Assembly (NCBI GenBank): GCA_024704765.1 | Contig: JAKMXF010000318.1 | Coordinates: 62,001-126,000, forward strand | DNA length: 64,000 bases | Reading direction: 5' to 3' | From: Oopsacas minuta | Lineage: Eukaryota; Animalia; Porifera | Part shown: positions 47,752-59,600 of the stretch, piece after piece | Numbering within the stretch: position 1 is the stretch's first letter | Layout of the letters: every line of letters begins with the position of its first letter | Made by a program: the position numbers and the translations under genes | The notes under the pieces: generated by a model | Seen by the model: the letters and a program-made list of their open reading frames with translations, nothing else | What the model was told of the DNA's origin: nothing | Database searches by the model: none

Positions 47752-48633
47752 ATGGCGAGTTCAACATCTAAGAGCGGAGTAGATAGTCCTGTGGTTAAAA
47801 AGAAGAATGCTCCTCGTACCATATTAGATGGTATCGATTATTACCTCAAGTACCTTGGTAAGGCACAAACAGATAAGATCCATGGTCCAGGCAGCACTGA
47901 AGAGGCGGTAGAGATCATAAGACAACAAGCAAAAGGTTCAAAGGTCATGCATAAGGTCAAACTTACCGTCTCTACAAAATATATTCGTGTATATGACTTC
48001 CAAACTGAGATACTACTATTTGAGACTCCCTTATACAGAGTATCTTACTGTACAGTAGATAATAGCAATAATAAAATTTGTTGTTATATCGTGCGAGAAA
48101 GTGGAAGCAAAGAATTATACGTTCATGCTTTCTACTGTTCCAAGAAATCAAAGGCAGAGGCTTTAACCTTGACAGTAGCGGAAGCTTTCAATATTGCGTA
48201 TGCCGAATGGCAGGCCAAGAAGATTTTAGCTGCTGCAGATGATAAGACAAAAGCAGTGTTCAAATCAACTGAACCTCAACCAACTGAGTTAGAAACCAAT
48301 AATTCTACGATTTTACCGATAAATGAGGTCGATAGTGGGATGACTGGCATCGCGGAAATACCCGAAATTACCGAAACTCCCGAAATCGAGAATAATACCG
48401 TGCCTGAAAAGGATGCTGAACCAGCTAATGCATCCGAAACAAGAATCGAAAGCTTTGACGGTGAAATTCCTATGCACCATCCCGTATCCATGGCACCACT
48501 AGGACATGATGACGTATTCGGTGAAATGAATATAGAAGATTTCTCCGATGAAGTACAGGCATTTTTACGTGGAGAAGTATCTGCGGAAGATCTGGTACGA
48601 GCTCGTAGTGTAGATGACCTGCTAGATCTGTAG
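47752..48633 (+). CDS. LDLRAP1: PTB-domain endocytic adaptor (ARH/LDLRAP1-like)
   Basis: YYLKYLG...KVKLTVS...LYRVSYCTVD...HAFYCSKKSKAEALTLTVAEAFNIAYAEWQ. Intronless. Confidence 0.8.
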   Translation: MASSTSKSGVDSPVVKKKNAPRTILDGIDYYLKYLGKAQTDKIHGPGSTEEAVEIIRQQAKGSKVMHKVKLTVSTKYIRVYDFQTEILLFETPLYRVSYCTVDNSNNKICCYIVRESGSKELYVHAFYCSKKSKAEALTLTVAEAFNIAYAEWQAKKILAAADDKTKAVFKSTEPQPTELETNNSTILPINEVDSGMTGIAEIPEITETPEIENNTVPEKDAEPANASETRIESFDGEIPMHHPVSMAPLGHDDVFGEMNIEDFSDEVQAFLRGEVSAEDLVRARSVDDLLDL

Positions 48634-48749
48634 TATTATGTGATTTTAGTTTTGTTGTTATATTTTAAATGAATTGAATATTTACATAATTTGATGTATA
48701 TTTTACGTAGATTCTATAATCAATAATTGGTGAATCAATTTGTTAGTTA

Positions 48750-49499
48750 TTAAAGATCTTGTTTGTTTTCTTCAGGCAGTTGACTTAAGTATGATATTTC
48801 GCGAGCTATATTAGCGCGTGCAGTCTTCTCATGACTTATTTTGAACCAGTCAGTGTTATAAATCCATTGATATTCTAGAAACCCTTTTAAAACTTCACTT
48901 CTACGCTGTGTGTATATTACAAGTGGTATATGTTGATATTCAGTTCTTATCTGTTCAGAATATTTCACGTAGTCTCTCTCCTTTGTGCCAAGTATTGCCA
49001 TGTCGAAGTCAAGGAATAATAACAGATCAGAATCTGTAGCGAGAGAGGGTGATACGCTGTGTGTCTTTGTTTCTAGAATGTATTGAGATACAAGCGTGTT
49101 ATTAACCGCAAGTTTTCCTCTATTATAATTGCCCCGTGTTATATCTTGGTAGAATCGTTCAAATTCTACTGCGCTTAATTCCTCGTTATCAACCGCACGT
49201 GGGTTATAAATTATATCATGAAATATAATAGCTAGAAATACAGTATCAGGATCATCCAATTTATCTCTGAATAGTAGAAATAAATTGAGCATTTCTTCTA
49301 TGTGTTTGAGTGTATGATAATGTCTTTGAGGTTCTCTGTAGTGAGTTTTAATGAGTTCTAACCACTGATTAGAAAGGTTATCATCTATGCTGTATTTGTG
49401 AATGAATTCTTTCCATATGATATCCAGCTGATTAGATTCGTTCCAGCCAAATACTTTGTACCCAATTAATATGATGAGAAAACTGATAGCTAGTAACAT
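48750..49499 (-). CDS. Predicted HD-superfamily metal-dependent phosphohydrolase (COG4339-like) with N-terminal membrane anchor
   Basis: HYREPQRHYHTLKHI, AIIFHDIIY, DNEELSA, ILETKTH, FLDFDMAILG, IRTEY and ARANI. Hydrophobic N-terminus MLLAISFLIILIGY. Confidence 0.85.
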   Translation of the reverse strand: MLLAISFLIILIGYKVFGWNESNQLDIIWKEFIHKYSIDDNLSNQWLELIKTHYREPQRHYHTLKHIEEMLNLFLLFRDKLDDPDTVFLAIIFHDIIYNPRAVDNEELSAVEFERFYQDITRGNYNRGKLAVNNTLVSQYILETKTHSVSPSLATDSDLLLFLDFDMAILGTKERDYVKYSEQIRTEYQHIPLVIYTQRRSEVLKGFLEYQWIYNTDWFKISHEKTARANIAREISYLSQLPEENKQDL

Positions 49500-49591
49500 G
49501 CTACAACATTTGCGAATATTAAGTTTTGTTCAAATTTATATAACTTAAGGGTAAGGTGAGTAAACTCTCGTAAATAAAATTCTTCCTTCTA

Positions 49592-49758
49592 TAGTGTAAC
49601 CTCTACTAACGGGTTGCCAGCGACGCCGAAAAATGCTACCCTGTTTCCTCGCTTCTGCCAATTTCCTGATAGTGTAGGTTCATTTGTATGGGACTAGAAA
49701 TTCACCCAATTTATTTTTCACTCTTTTCCAGAAATCCCCGTTTACGAAAGTTACACTA
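49592..49758 (+). mobile_element. MITE family B copy, in the divergent HD/CMC1 spacer
   Basis: ta|tagtgtaacctctactaacggg...ccccgtttacgaaagttacacta|ta. Confidence 0.75.
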
Positions 49759-49848
49759 TACCGTGTTTTCTTTGTATTTGATATAACTTACTAGAGTTTA
49801 ATTATCAAACTTGACTGTCCATCTGTAGTTTGTTCATATTTATTCGCC

Positions 49849-50172
49849 ATGAGTAACGTATACATGCCAGATAACGAGGATATGCGGAGGATTGAGAGAG
49901 ATGTTTTAGTCCCGAAAAAAATGCGAGCATATGCTAGATCTCGTTGTGCTGACGAATTGAAAGAATTTGAGAAATGCTGTAAAGGCAGGACTGTATCTAT
50001 GGTATTTGTGTGTAGAGCACAAAATAGTGCAATGCAGAACTGTTTATTACGTTATTTCAATGAAGATGGCCTCAGAGAAAGATGTACACGTGAATATCTT
50101 GATGAACGGAAACAGTATAGAAACTCGGAAGGATATAAGAAAAATTATCAGAATCAAAACTCAGAAATTTAA
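49849..50172 (+). CDS. CMC1: COX assembly mitochondrial protein (twin CX9C)
   Basis: LVPKKMRAYARSRCADELKEFEKCC...MVFVCRAQNSAMQNCL...CTREYLDER. Confidence 0.9.
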   Translation: MSNVYMPDNEDMRRIERDVLVPKKMRAYARSRCADELKEFEKCCKGRTVSMVFVCRAQNSAMQNCLLRYFNEDGLRERCTREYLDERKQYRNSEGYKKNYQNQNSEI

Positions 50173-50355
50173 ACATTATTTCACTATACGTTTATTGGGA
50201 AAATGTATTAATAAATATTATATAAAATTAATTTCTATCAATAAAATCTTAATATATGCCTTTGTAGAATATTGTAATTGATATTTTAAGTCGGACTGCA
50301 TATAAACGATAAAAGTTTTTGGAATAAGAATTGCTCATAATTTACATGCTAGCTA

Positions 50356-50473
50356 CAGTCGACTCCCGTTATACCGAAATACCCGCTTATACCGAAGACT
50401 GAATTTGTACAAATATGTTACATTTCATCGATTATATCCAAGAAATTATCACGGTCCCTTGAAATTCGATATA
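50356..50473 (+). mobile_element. MITE family A copy (right TIR truncated)
   Basis: ta|cagtcgactcccgttataccgaa...tttgtacaaatatg...ttcgatataa. Confidence 0.8.
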
Positions 50474-50498
50474 AAGGTTGTTTATTATATAATCTAGT

Positions 50499-53110
50499 AT
50501 GGCGAGTAATTTTGAAGTAACAGCAAACGGAGACATTATACCTATTACTGATACCTCCTACAACACGAATCAGCTTACAACACCCAAAACAACATTAGGA
50601 TCACAAAATTCACAATATTATTCAGTTGATCCTCCTGATGATAATGGCAATAGCATAAACCCTGTTGATAATAAACTTGATGACGTAGATGTTACAGATT
50701 CATCATCTGAATCAGAGTATGAAGATGCGTATGAACATCCTATCCCATTAGATGTACCATCTCCAGAACGTACTATTATGCCTCTAGATGATTATTTAGA
50801 GAGGAGAGAGACTGGTTTTAGCTCTCCCGGGAGCGAGGTACAAGAACGTCACTCAACACTACCAAATGAAGTCACTAGAAGACCCATACAACTGCTTAGA
50901 AAAGATTACGAGTTAAGAGCTAGTAGATCTGATCCGAATTTACGAGATCATGTAAGTTGGTAGACAACATGTGTATTTATAATGTTACTTTGCTCGTATT
51001 TATAGATGATGATTAAGAACTTGGACTCAGGAGAAAGCTACTCTCTACAGGAAGCAGCTGCTCGGATACCTCAAGGGATCACTCTAGATCCTCTCTCTAA
51101 CACCCTGAAGCAGAGAACACCTGCTGTATTCCAAGATGCTGGAGTTGGGACGATGGATGATAGTAATATTAGATCAGAGAGACGGTCTTCTGATTTCGAA
51201 CCAAAAGAGAAAAAAGTGAAGAAGAAAAGTTTGAAACGTGAGAGCATACGTCGACCCCCTATACCAATTTTAACACATTCTGTGGGCCAATCGCTAATCT
51301 ACTGTACATTTATTTGGATTACATTTTAGGCGTAGTAAAAACTGCTAAACATATGTTCAAGAAGAAGCCGAAAGGCACAGGAAATGACAGGGGTATTCAA
51401 ACAGGAATAAAATTTAAAGCCAGTTCAAGACTCAAAACTCCTCCCCGTTACCAACGCATTGAGCTAATACAAGAATTGCCTTCTCCACATGTAGGACCTA
51501 TATGGACAATGAAATTCTCAAATTGTGGTAAGTTGTTAGCTACAGGAGGTCAAGATCGGGTACTGAGGATCTGGTGTATTAATTCAGCTCGTGATGACTT
51601 CTTAGCTCTCAAGGAGAGGTATAAGAAGAAAAACGGAGAGGCAGATGCAGATATTACTCCTATTGATGAGGCCACAGATAATAATGGTTAGTAGTTAAGG
51701 TCAAAAACTAATGAATAAGGTCTGTTGAAAGAGAAAATAAGTCTCAATATTTTAAACATGGATAGTTACTTTTCAATGAAACCACGCTAGATTATTGTAG
51801 GATTGAATTCACAGATTTTCCCAATGGTTGACTTTTCACTATCCATGGTTCAAATTTGGATTCCCATTCACTTTCTCATGCAACTGTAGTTAAAATGTTC
51901 TATACTTTATATTTAGTATTGGAAGATGATACAAATGCATCGAATCAAGACACAGGACCTTTCTCTTTAACTCCATTCGCGGAATATCGCGGTCATCTAT
52001 CTGACATATTAGACATATCCTGGTCAAGCAACTACTTCATGCTGACGTCATCAATGGACAAGACAGTACGTCTATGGCATGTAGCATTAGGAAATTGTCT
52101 ATCAGTATTTGCACACAAAGATTTTGTAACATCAATTGCATTTTACCCAAACAATGAGAGATATTTTATTAGCGGTTCATTAGATGGAATGTTAAGGTTA
52201 TGGCATGTGATAGAGAAGAAAGTTTCTCTCTATAATGAAGTGCCCAATTCTACTGGGAATAGATCTAAGCTGATTACTGCAGCTAACTTTTGTTATAATG
52301 GAAAGATGGTTGTGATTGGTAAGTTTAAGAAATCGTACATTTAATCCATGGTTTATATTGAGTGAAGTAATACTACAGTCAACTCCTGTTATATCTAAAA
52401 CTGATATATCAAATACCCGCTTATATTGAAATCTGAAATTGTACAAATATGGCCCCAAACCGTTAAAGTAACAAAACTTTCATCGGTTTTATCGAACTTC
52501 GCTTATATCTCGGTCCATTGAGCTTCGTTATAATTGGAGTTGACAGTAATTGACAAGCGTTGATTTCCTAGGTACATATGATGGGAAATGTGTTTTCTAT
52601 GACAGTGACCATCTCAAATACCACACACAAATACACGTACGCTCTAAACACAACAAGAATTCATCAGGCCATAAAATCACAGGCATAATACCACATCCAT
52701 ACCTCACAGATCGTTTGTTAGTGACAAGCAATGACTCACGTATTCGTTTATACAATTTAAAAGATTACAAACTAGAATGCAAGTATAAAGGCTATGTGAA
52801 TACTGAAACACAAACCAAGGCTACATTCTCACCTAAAGGTGATCATATAATCTGTGGTTCACAAGACCATATGACGTATGTCTGGCGGACAGAATGTGAC
52901 CTCAGTTTTAAACATGCACGTCGCGATAGAAACCCTTGCTATGAAAGCTTTTCAGCACATAACTCGGTGATAACAGTCGCTATTTTCGCACCAAATATTG
53001 AGCTATTCGCGAATTTCTCTCCAAGCTTATTACGCAATGAAACAGATTCTCCTCATGACGTAATTCTAACTGCAGATTATTTTGGACGAATTAAAATATT
53101 CAGTTTGTAA
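50499..53110 (+). CDS. WDR44: WD repeat protein 44 (rabphilin-11)
   Basis: Exons 50499-50951, 51006-51237, 51330-51686, 51917-52318, 52572-53110. Motifs MIKNLDSGE...[40 protein letters not shown] and [15 protein letters not shown]. Confidence 0.93.
52376..52546 (+). mobile_element. MITE family A copy
   Basis: ta|cagtcaactcctgttatatc...ttcgttataattggagttgacag|ta, in a WDR44 intron. Confidence 0.88.
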
Positions 53111-53634
53111 TTATCCAGGAATCAGCTGTTTTCCCACTCACTTAGATATTACACATATTCTTGAGTTTAAATCTACCATTTTCTAAACCTCTAATTTGTA
53201 TTATAATAATTTAAACTATATATTTCCATTCTCCAATATAATGGACTGTAGATATTTGGTGTTATGTATACGATGGTATCTAGCTTATGGTAAAATTGTT
53301 TTATTGATTAATTAAGGCTGTATTCATTCGATTTATTTCATGTAATTTATATCCCACTCTTTAGAATAATAACAATTACATTTAATATATTGGACAAAAG
53401 CGTGCCCACAAGGTTCTTACCACAAACTTGAAAGCTACCAAAGTTCATGGTTCATGTGGATCATGTCATATGTTAAACGTTCATGAACACATCCCAATAT
53501 TGTAATTTTGGATAAATAGTAAAACCAATAATATAAGACTAAAGCAAGCAAAGTGATAATATTCGGAGAATTTGAATCCTATTTCTGATACGTAAGTGAA
53601 TATATTTGAGTTCTGTTTTGTGAGTAATTACCAA

Positions 53635-54267
53635 TCAAACTTCAAAGTAGCAAGCACGACAAACTGCCATGTACTTATCTGCTCCTCCAATCAACTCCAC
53701 TTTCTGTGACTCCACGGTTCTTTTCGTGAAGCTAGCATCAGCATAACATTTCATACAAACTGCTTTGAGTTTTATAACTGACTCTGCTAGTGGAATCAAA
53801 TGGGGAATAGGAGCAAATGATTTTCTTTGGAAAGTACCATCTAAACACGCTACGATAACAATTTTACCTTCATTCGCTAATTTTTCACAAAACTCAACTA
53901 AATCCTCCATAAACTGCCCTTCATCAATTCCTATTACTTGATTCTCTTTTAGTTGATCGTATATATCAGCTAGTTTGGTGCATGATATTGCATTAGCAAG
54001 TTCCTTATCATGGGTGGCTATATTGTCTTGATCGTAACGAGTATCATTCTTATATTTTACGAGACAGGATTTGTATGTAGCGATTGAGTAACGCTTCACT
54101 CTACGGAGTAGTTCTGTAGTTTTGCCGGAGAACATGGGTCCCATAATCACCTGTATGTAACCGTATTTCTTCCACGATATTCTAGGCGGAGTTCGGAACA
54201 ATTCTTCATCTTCTCCAAATACATCCATACTATGTTTCCTGTGAGGACTGTCGTAGCTAGGTCTCAT
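53635..54267 (-). CDS. TK1: Cytosolic thymidine kinase
   Basis: GYIQVIMGPMFSGKTTELLRR, IGIDEGQF, LKAVCMKC and ELIGGADKYMAVCRACY. First ATG is at 54267 (the ORF track starts at a TTG). Confidence 0.97.
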   Translation of the reverse strand: MRPSYDSPHRKHSMDVFGEDEELFRTPPRISWKKYGYIQVIMGPMFSGKTTELLRRVKRYSIATYKSCLVKYKNDTRYDQDNIATHDKELANAISCTKLADIYDQLKENQVIGIDEGQFMEDLVEFCEKLANEGKIVIVACLDGTFQRKSFAPIPHLIPLAESVIKLKAVCMKCYADASFTKRTVESQKVELIGGADKYMAVCRACYFEV

Positions 54268-54426
54268 TTTCAAGAGTCAAATTTAATAATAATGCATTTA
54301 TTTTTGTATTACAGTCATAAATAAAAATATCACAGATTTTATATGTGGTTAGATATTAAATTTGTGTTGAATAATCATGAATTTTCACGATTTAGCTACG
54401 AATGACTTGGCCCATCTTGCAGTAAT

Positions 54427-54744
54427 ATGGCTACACATCAGATTATATTGAAGTCAGTTGAATTTGAAGTGTTTGGGCGAGTTCAAGGCGTGTTTTTTCG
54501 TAAAAACACTATAGAGAAAGCGAAAGCGTTAGGGTTAGTTGGTTGGGTGAGGAACCACTGCGTGCGAAAAAGCGTACAAGGCTGTGCACAAGGTCAAATT
54601 GAACCCCTTGAAGAGCTAAAGGAATGGCTTACGAAAGTTGGTAGTCCTAATTCAAGAATCTCCTCATGTGACTTCAATAATGAGAAGGAAATTAGCGTTT
54701 TGGAATTCAAAGATTTTACGCGATATAAAACTTGTAGTACCTAG
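54427..54744 (+). CDS. ACYP: Acylphosphatase
   Basis: VEFEVFGRVQGVFFRKNT...LVGWVRN...GSPNSRI. Confidence 0.95.
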   Translation: MATHQIILKSVEFEVFGRVQGVFFRKNTIEKAKALGLVGWVRNHCVRKSVQGCAQGQIEPLEELKEWLTKVGSPNSRISSCDFNNEKEISVLEFKDFTRYKTCST

Positions 54745-54999
54745 TTGATATGATATTCTCATTATTCAAATTCTGATATTTTTAGATACTTTTAATCTCA
54801 GAGTTATACATTGGTGCTAACCTTCTGTATAATCCTAAGTTGTATTACAAATTTATAACTCGAATTAGAATATATTAGTGAAAGTATAGGGATTGTGTAA
54901 TACGTCTTTAAAGTTCATCTTACCTAAAGATACCGCCTAGAACTAAATTTCACGTGACCATTAAACTATAATATGATTTGGCTAAACTTTTGTGAATGG

Positions 55000-56200
55000 G
55001 TTGACATCACAGTATTCCCTTTACAAAAATACCAAAATTATCATTGCAGTATGGAATATCGTGATTATATATAAATCCTAATAATGCTTGCACAATGTTC
55101 TCTACTATTGATTACTATCAAACACAGCATCCATACTATCTCCCAGTTCAGCGTATAGGATCAATAATGCACTCTACATCTCTGAATTGGATGTAGGCAC
55201 TAGTATTGACTAAGTATTCTATCGCTGTAGTGTAATAAGAACCTTCATATATAAAAGAGATGACTTTTCTTGAGTTTATCTAAACACAGGTTGTGTTCGA
55301 TCTTGCAGCCCAATTTTCATAAATCCTTCAAATGTCTGATGCAAATTCACAAGCATATCTTAGGTATGTTGATTGATGAATTTATGTTTACATAAACAGA
55401 ATAAATTATTGTTTTTGCAAGACTGGAGCAATTTCGCTGTGATTTGAGTTTGAGTTTGAGTTTGTTCGAATTTCCGATAATAATCTCATCTCAGCTCAAT
55501 CGCGATAGTTTCCCTTTGAGACTATAATACTCAGATATTTATTCATAGACTGACTTAATTCTATTTCTGAAAACTCCAAGCGAATCATTTATCTCCACGA
55601 CTTTCCCCGAGATAGTGAATTTATAATATCTCCCTCGTTATTACTATTGTTTGTATAAACTATTCTATTCGATGCTCAACTTGTGAATTATTTATTGAAT
55701 TTATATAATTTCTGCACCAACCTAATCTTCATCGTCACTAAAGGTCCAATGAATTCCCCTTTGCGAATGGCTTCAATCAACAAATATTTCTATGAAAGGG
55801 TATTTACAGATTACACTCTTTTCAGCATAGCATTATGCCATTTCTTCTTAGAATCTCGTAACTCTCGAATATCTTAGTTACGTTAGTTATCTACCTACCT
55901 ACCGCAGAGATTTATCCTTTTGGGTGGCCTAGAAATTATTTTTGTAATAAACAAGTATCTACTAGATTAATAGTTGTTATAAATATTTTCTACCCGTTAA
56001 AATGTTACCCAAGATTTGTTACGTCATTTCCTGTTTTCTGGGTGCAATAAATGCTCAGATATATACCTATATGTTCCTCTACATCGCATGTAATTCAAGC
56101 TACCCCCTGAAATATCTCTTCATCACATTTATGCTTGTATTAAGGTAGTCACGTCGCAGACCATAATTATCCTCGTCAACACAATTCTTACAAATATTTG
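55000..56200 (-). pseudogene. Decayed coding remnant, possibly ankyrin-repeat
   Basis: Protein-like segments broken by stops, e.g. DIRELRDSKKKWHNAMLKRV*..KYLLIEAIRKGEF and YYTTAIEYLVNTSAYIQFRD (ankyrin-like). Confidence 0.3.
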
Positions 56201-56289
56201 TTTCATATTTCAATGCATAATATTGATTAGACTTATAGGATGGAATTTTCTTGCGTATGCAATACCTCCTCCTGTGTTTAATTCCTTGT

Positions 56290-56560
56290 GTTCAAATTTC
56301 TGGAACCACCCTTCACAACCATTAACAGATTTATACACGGGGCTTGTACGTATTCGAAGTAACTACATTATTGCTAAGTGTAAAATGATATGAATACTGC
56401 CATGACAGGAATTAGCACTTAAAGTACGTGTAAACTGACTCGTATTGAAAAGATTGTTACATGCTTACTGCTTAGCCTTGTGTTGACACATTTCCCTCTT
56501 CTTATTGCCTGCAGTTCCACAATACAAATTCTCTTTAACTATTTATCAATTCTTCTTCTC
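56290..56560 (-). mobile_element. Possible pogo/Tigger (CENP-B HTH) transposase fragment
   Basis: Fragments EFVLWNCRQ*EEGNVS and NGCEGWFQKFEHK resemble the CENP-B-type HTH and GW(L/F).KF motif. Heavily decayed. Confidence 0.25.
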
Positions 56561-56601
56561 TTATTAGGCAACTAGTAGACTACATCAAAGCCCATTCTAC
56601 T

Positions 56602-59600
56602 ATGTACAACGAAATGCTACAACGAAGTGGCGCGAATTGTTTCAAATGTATGCATAAATGGAAGCTTAACTTCACTTCAGGGTTAACCTTTATCAGTGTG
56701 GTATCGTTGGTTAACAAATTCACAAATACATACGGTTATAAACAAGGGGAAGAGTTCTCTAGTAAGCAGGGAGGTAAAAATACAGTCAGTACTACTACCT
56801 TAGATGCTCAACTACAGAGTGATCCAGTGATATTCCATTTCATCGCTTCTAAACTAAAAGTATGTTCTTTGAGAATTTAGATATAGTCAGCTACCGTTAT
56901 ATCGAAGCTGAAGGGACCGCAATAATTACTTAGATATAACCGATGAAAATTTGTGATACTTCGGCTGTTTGAAACCATATTTGTACAATTTCAGACTTCG
57001 ACATAAGCGGTTTTTCGGTAAATCCGTTTTAGATATAAAGGGAATTGACTGAACGCACGTTTATGATTATTTTAATTCATATATAAATATATGGAATTAT
57101 GCGACAAATAAGGATTAGCCGACATATAAGGAATTTTTCTAACTTTGTATAAATTGCCTCGAATTTCTCCATATATGCATAATAATTCGTGTTAATCAAA
57201 ATCGTGGTAATCCTGAAGGGGAAAACGTATATTTCTAACATACAAAGGTATGAAAATAATGTTGCACTTATTTTAATTTTTATGATAGATTTTGTTCCGA
57301 CAACTTTGAATGATTCACATTTTATCATAGTTTAGCGATTTGTACGTCTAATATGCCCCAAAATGACAAGTTTTACGTATTATACTTAATTAATTAAAAC
57401 TGTACACGGCTTAAGCCTTTTTGGAGATTTTTGAGTCCGAAAAGGGCTGAAGTTTGGTTGAATTTCGGGTTTAGAAAGGTCATTTTCTGATTGGGACACA
57501 GTAACTCAGTCCTACCATCTACGGATAATATGTATTATATTTGTGCGAATTAAACAACGTAGCTATTTATCATAGCTGAACCAAGCGATCAATCCCGATG
57601 AATATTTTGCAGCTATAGCTTCACCAAATAATCCTCGATTTGAATTCATGTCCTCTAACTGGATACAATGAAATCGAACATCCAACTGAAATGATTCCAT
57701 TCTGCTCAACTTTTTTTACGTGTATTATATGACAAGAGAATTCAATGGGCATCACGATGGACCTGGCAACACCTCACGTTGGGTGCTCATTCCACACAAA
57801 GTTCAGAATCCATTCACTCAACGATCAAACAGTTTTTTAATGTACATACTCTTCTTACACATCTCGCGAATAAAATTGATGAAAATAGGAAGACCCTTTC
57901 CCTTTCAGGACAAAATGAAGGACGTGCAACCCGGTTAGCGCTTAAAATGGCTACATACTCATCTAAACATCCGATAGAACGAAACCTTAAGTTAACACCA
58001 TTTGCACTGGCGATTGTAAAGGCACAAATTGATCAGTGCATCCAATATAGTGTTGATGCCATATTTAACTTTGGCGAAGAAAAGATTTATGAAATTGACT
58101 CTCTATTGTCAGAGACTCAGGTAAGGAAGAAGTTGTAATAATCTAGTACACTGGAACCTCTCTTATCCGGTTAGTGCCGGACCGTAGGGTGCCCGGAAGT
58201 CAGAATTTGCCCGAATCTGAGAAATAACATTAACTCTATGGGAGAGCCAATCAGTTGGAATCGGGTCCACTTTTCAGAACCGGATCCGAGAAACCCGGCC
58301 CCGATTCCAACTCTGGATCTAATTATAATCAATAGGATAAATATCGATATGGACGGATATAGCTGTTATGACGTATTTTAGTTACAAAGAAACGTGTTAG
58401 ATATGACGTACGAGTAAAACAGCTCTACTATAAGGAAAATTTACTGAAAATGGAAATGGTCGAATCAATTTCAATCCTTTTTGAAAAATGGTGCTCGGTT
58501 GAGGGAGGTGCCCGGATATCGGAGTCCAGATAAGAGGTTCGAGTGTACGTATAATAATTTATGCTAATTCTAATACGTATTTTATCTTTATTCTAGTTGA
58601 AGGAGAAGGATTTTCGGGAGGTACCAACAAGGAGAAATTAACATCTATGGACCTTGGGTTATCGAAGGTTTTTGCTAAGTCTAGCCGTAAGACAACGTTG
58701 ACATCTTGCACATTCTTATTCCCATCATCATGGGGTTCACTATGTCGTCACATGCTTATTGTTTATCATCACGAGAAAATAACGAATATGCACGACAAAG
58801 CTATAGTGGATTTCTGGAAGGTAAGCAGCCATTCGATACAGCACAGATATTTTTGCAACCGCACTCGGTTATATCAGAATTACGTAATGACTCGCCAAAT
58901 TATTAACGTTTTGTCCTTGTGTTCTCTCAACTATTAATATATCGTCTCATAATAGATAGAGAATCAAGCAGATCACAATTCTAATATCTACAGCTGTATT
59001 GCTAGTCACAATGTAATAGAATTACAAGAAAATGATTATCAAAATAATCCTATCCTAACGAAAGATGAAAGGTATAACATGCTAACAACAGAATTTAAAA
59101 ACATTGCTCATCTTGCATCACTTGACCATTCAACTTTTTCGCTTATGAGCAATTGCTAAGACCTATACCATAGGAAAGTGGAGCAATTATTCCTAGTGTC
59201 GCAACAATCCTCAATCCTAGACGTGTTCGATCCAAAGGGCGCCCTTCTAATAAAAGGAAACGGAGCTTTAACGCTGTTAGGACGAAGAAAAGGATTACAG
59301 ATAAAAACAAATGAAAATTTGGTACTTTGTCACAGTGTAATAGTTGTCATTAGAGATATGCACATATATGTAGATAATTTCTCTAGTGTAGCAATATAAC
59401 ATTCCTTATAATAATCATTAATGTTCCTTATAAACCCTTATATCGTCCTTATCCTTATATGTCGGCCATAATTCTTTATTTGCCGGCTAGCCGACAATGT
59501 AGACCGCCGACATATAAGTAATCCCATATATGTTTACATCCTTTAGAAAGATGAATATTCGTATAAACTTGCTTCGAGTGCAATTGGCTCTTTAGGAGAA

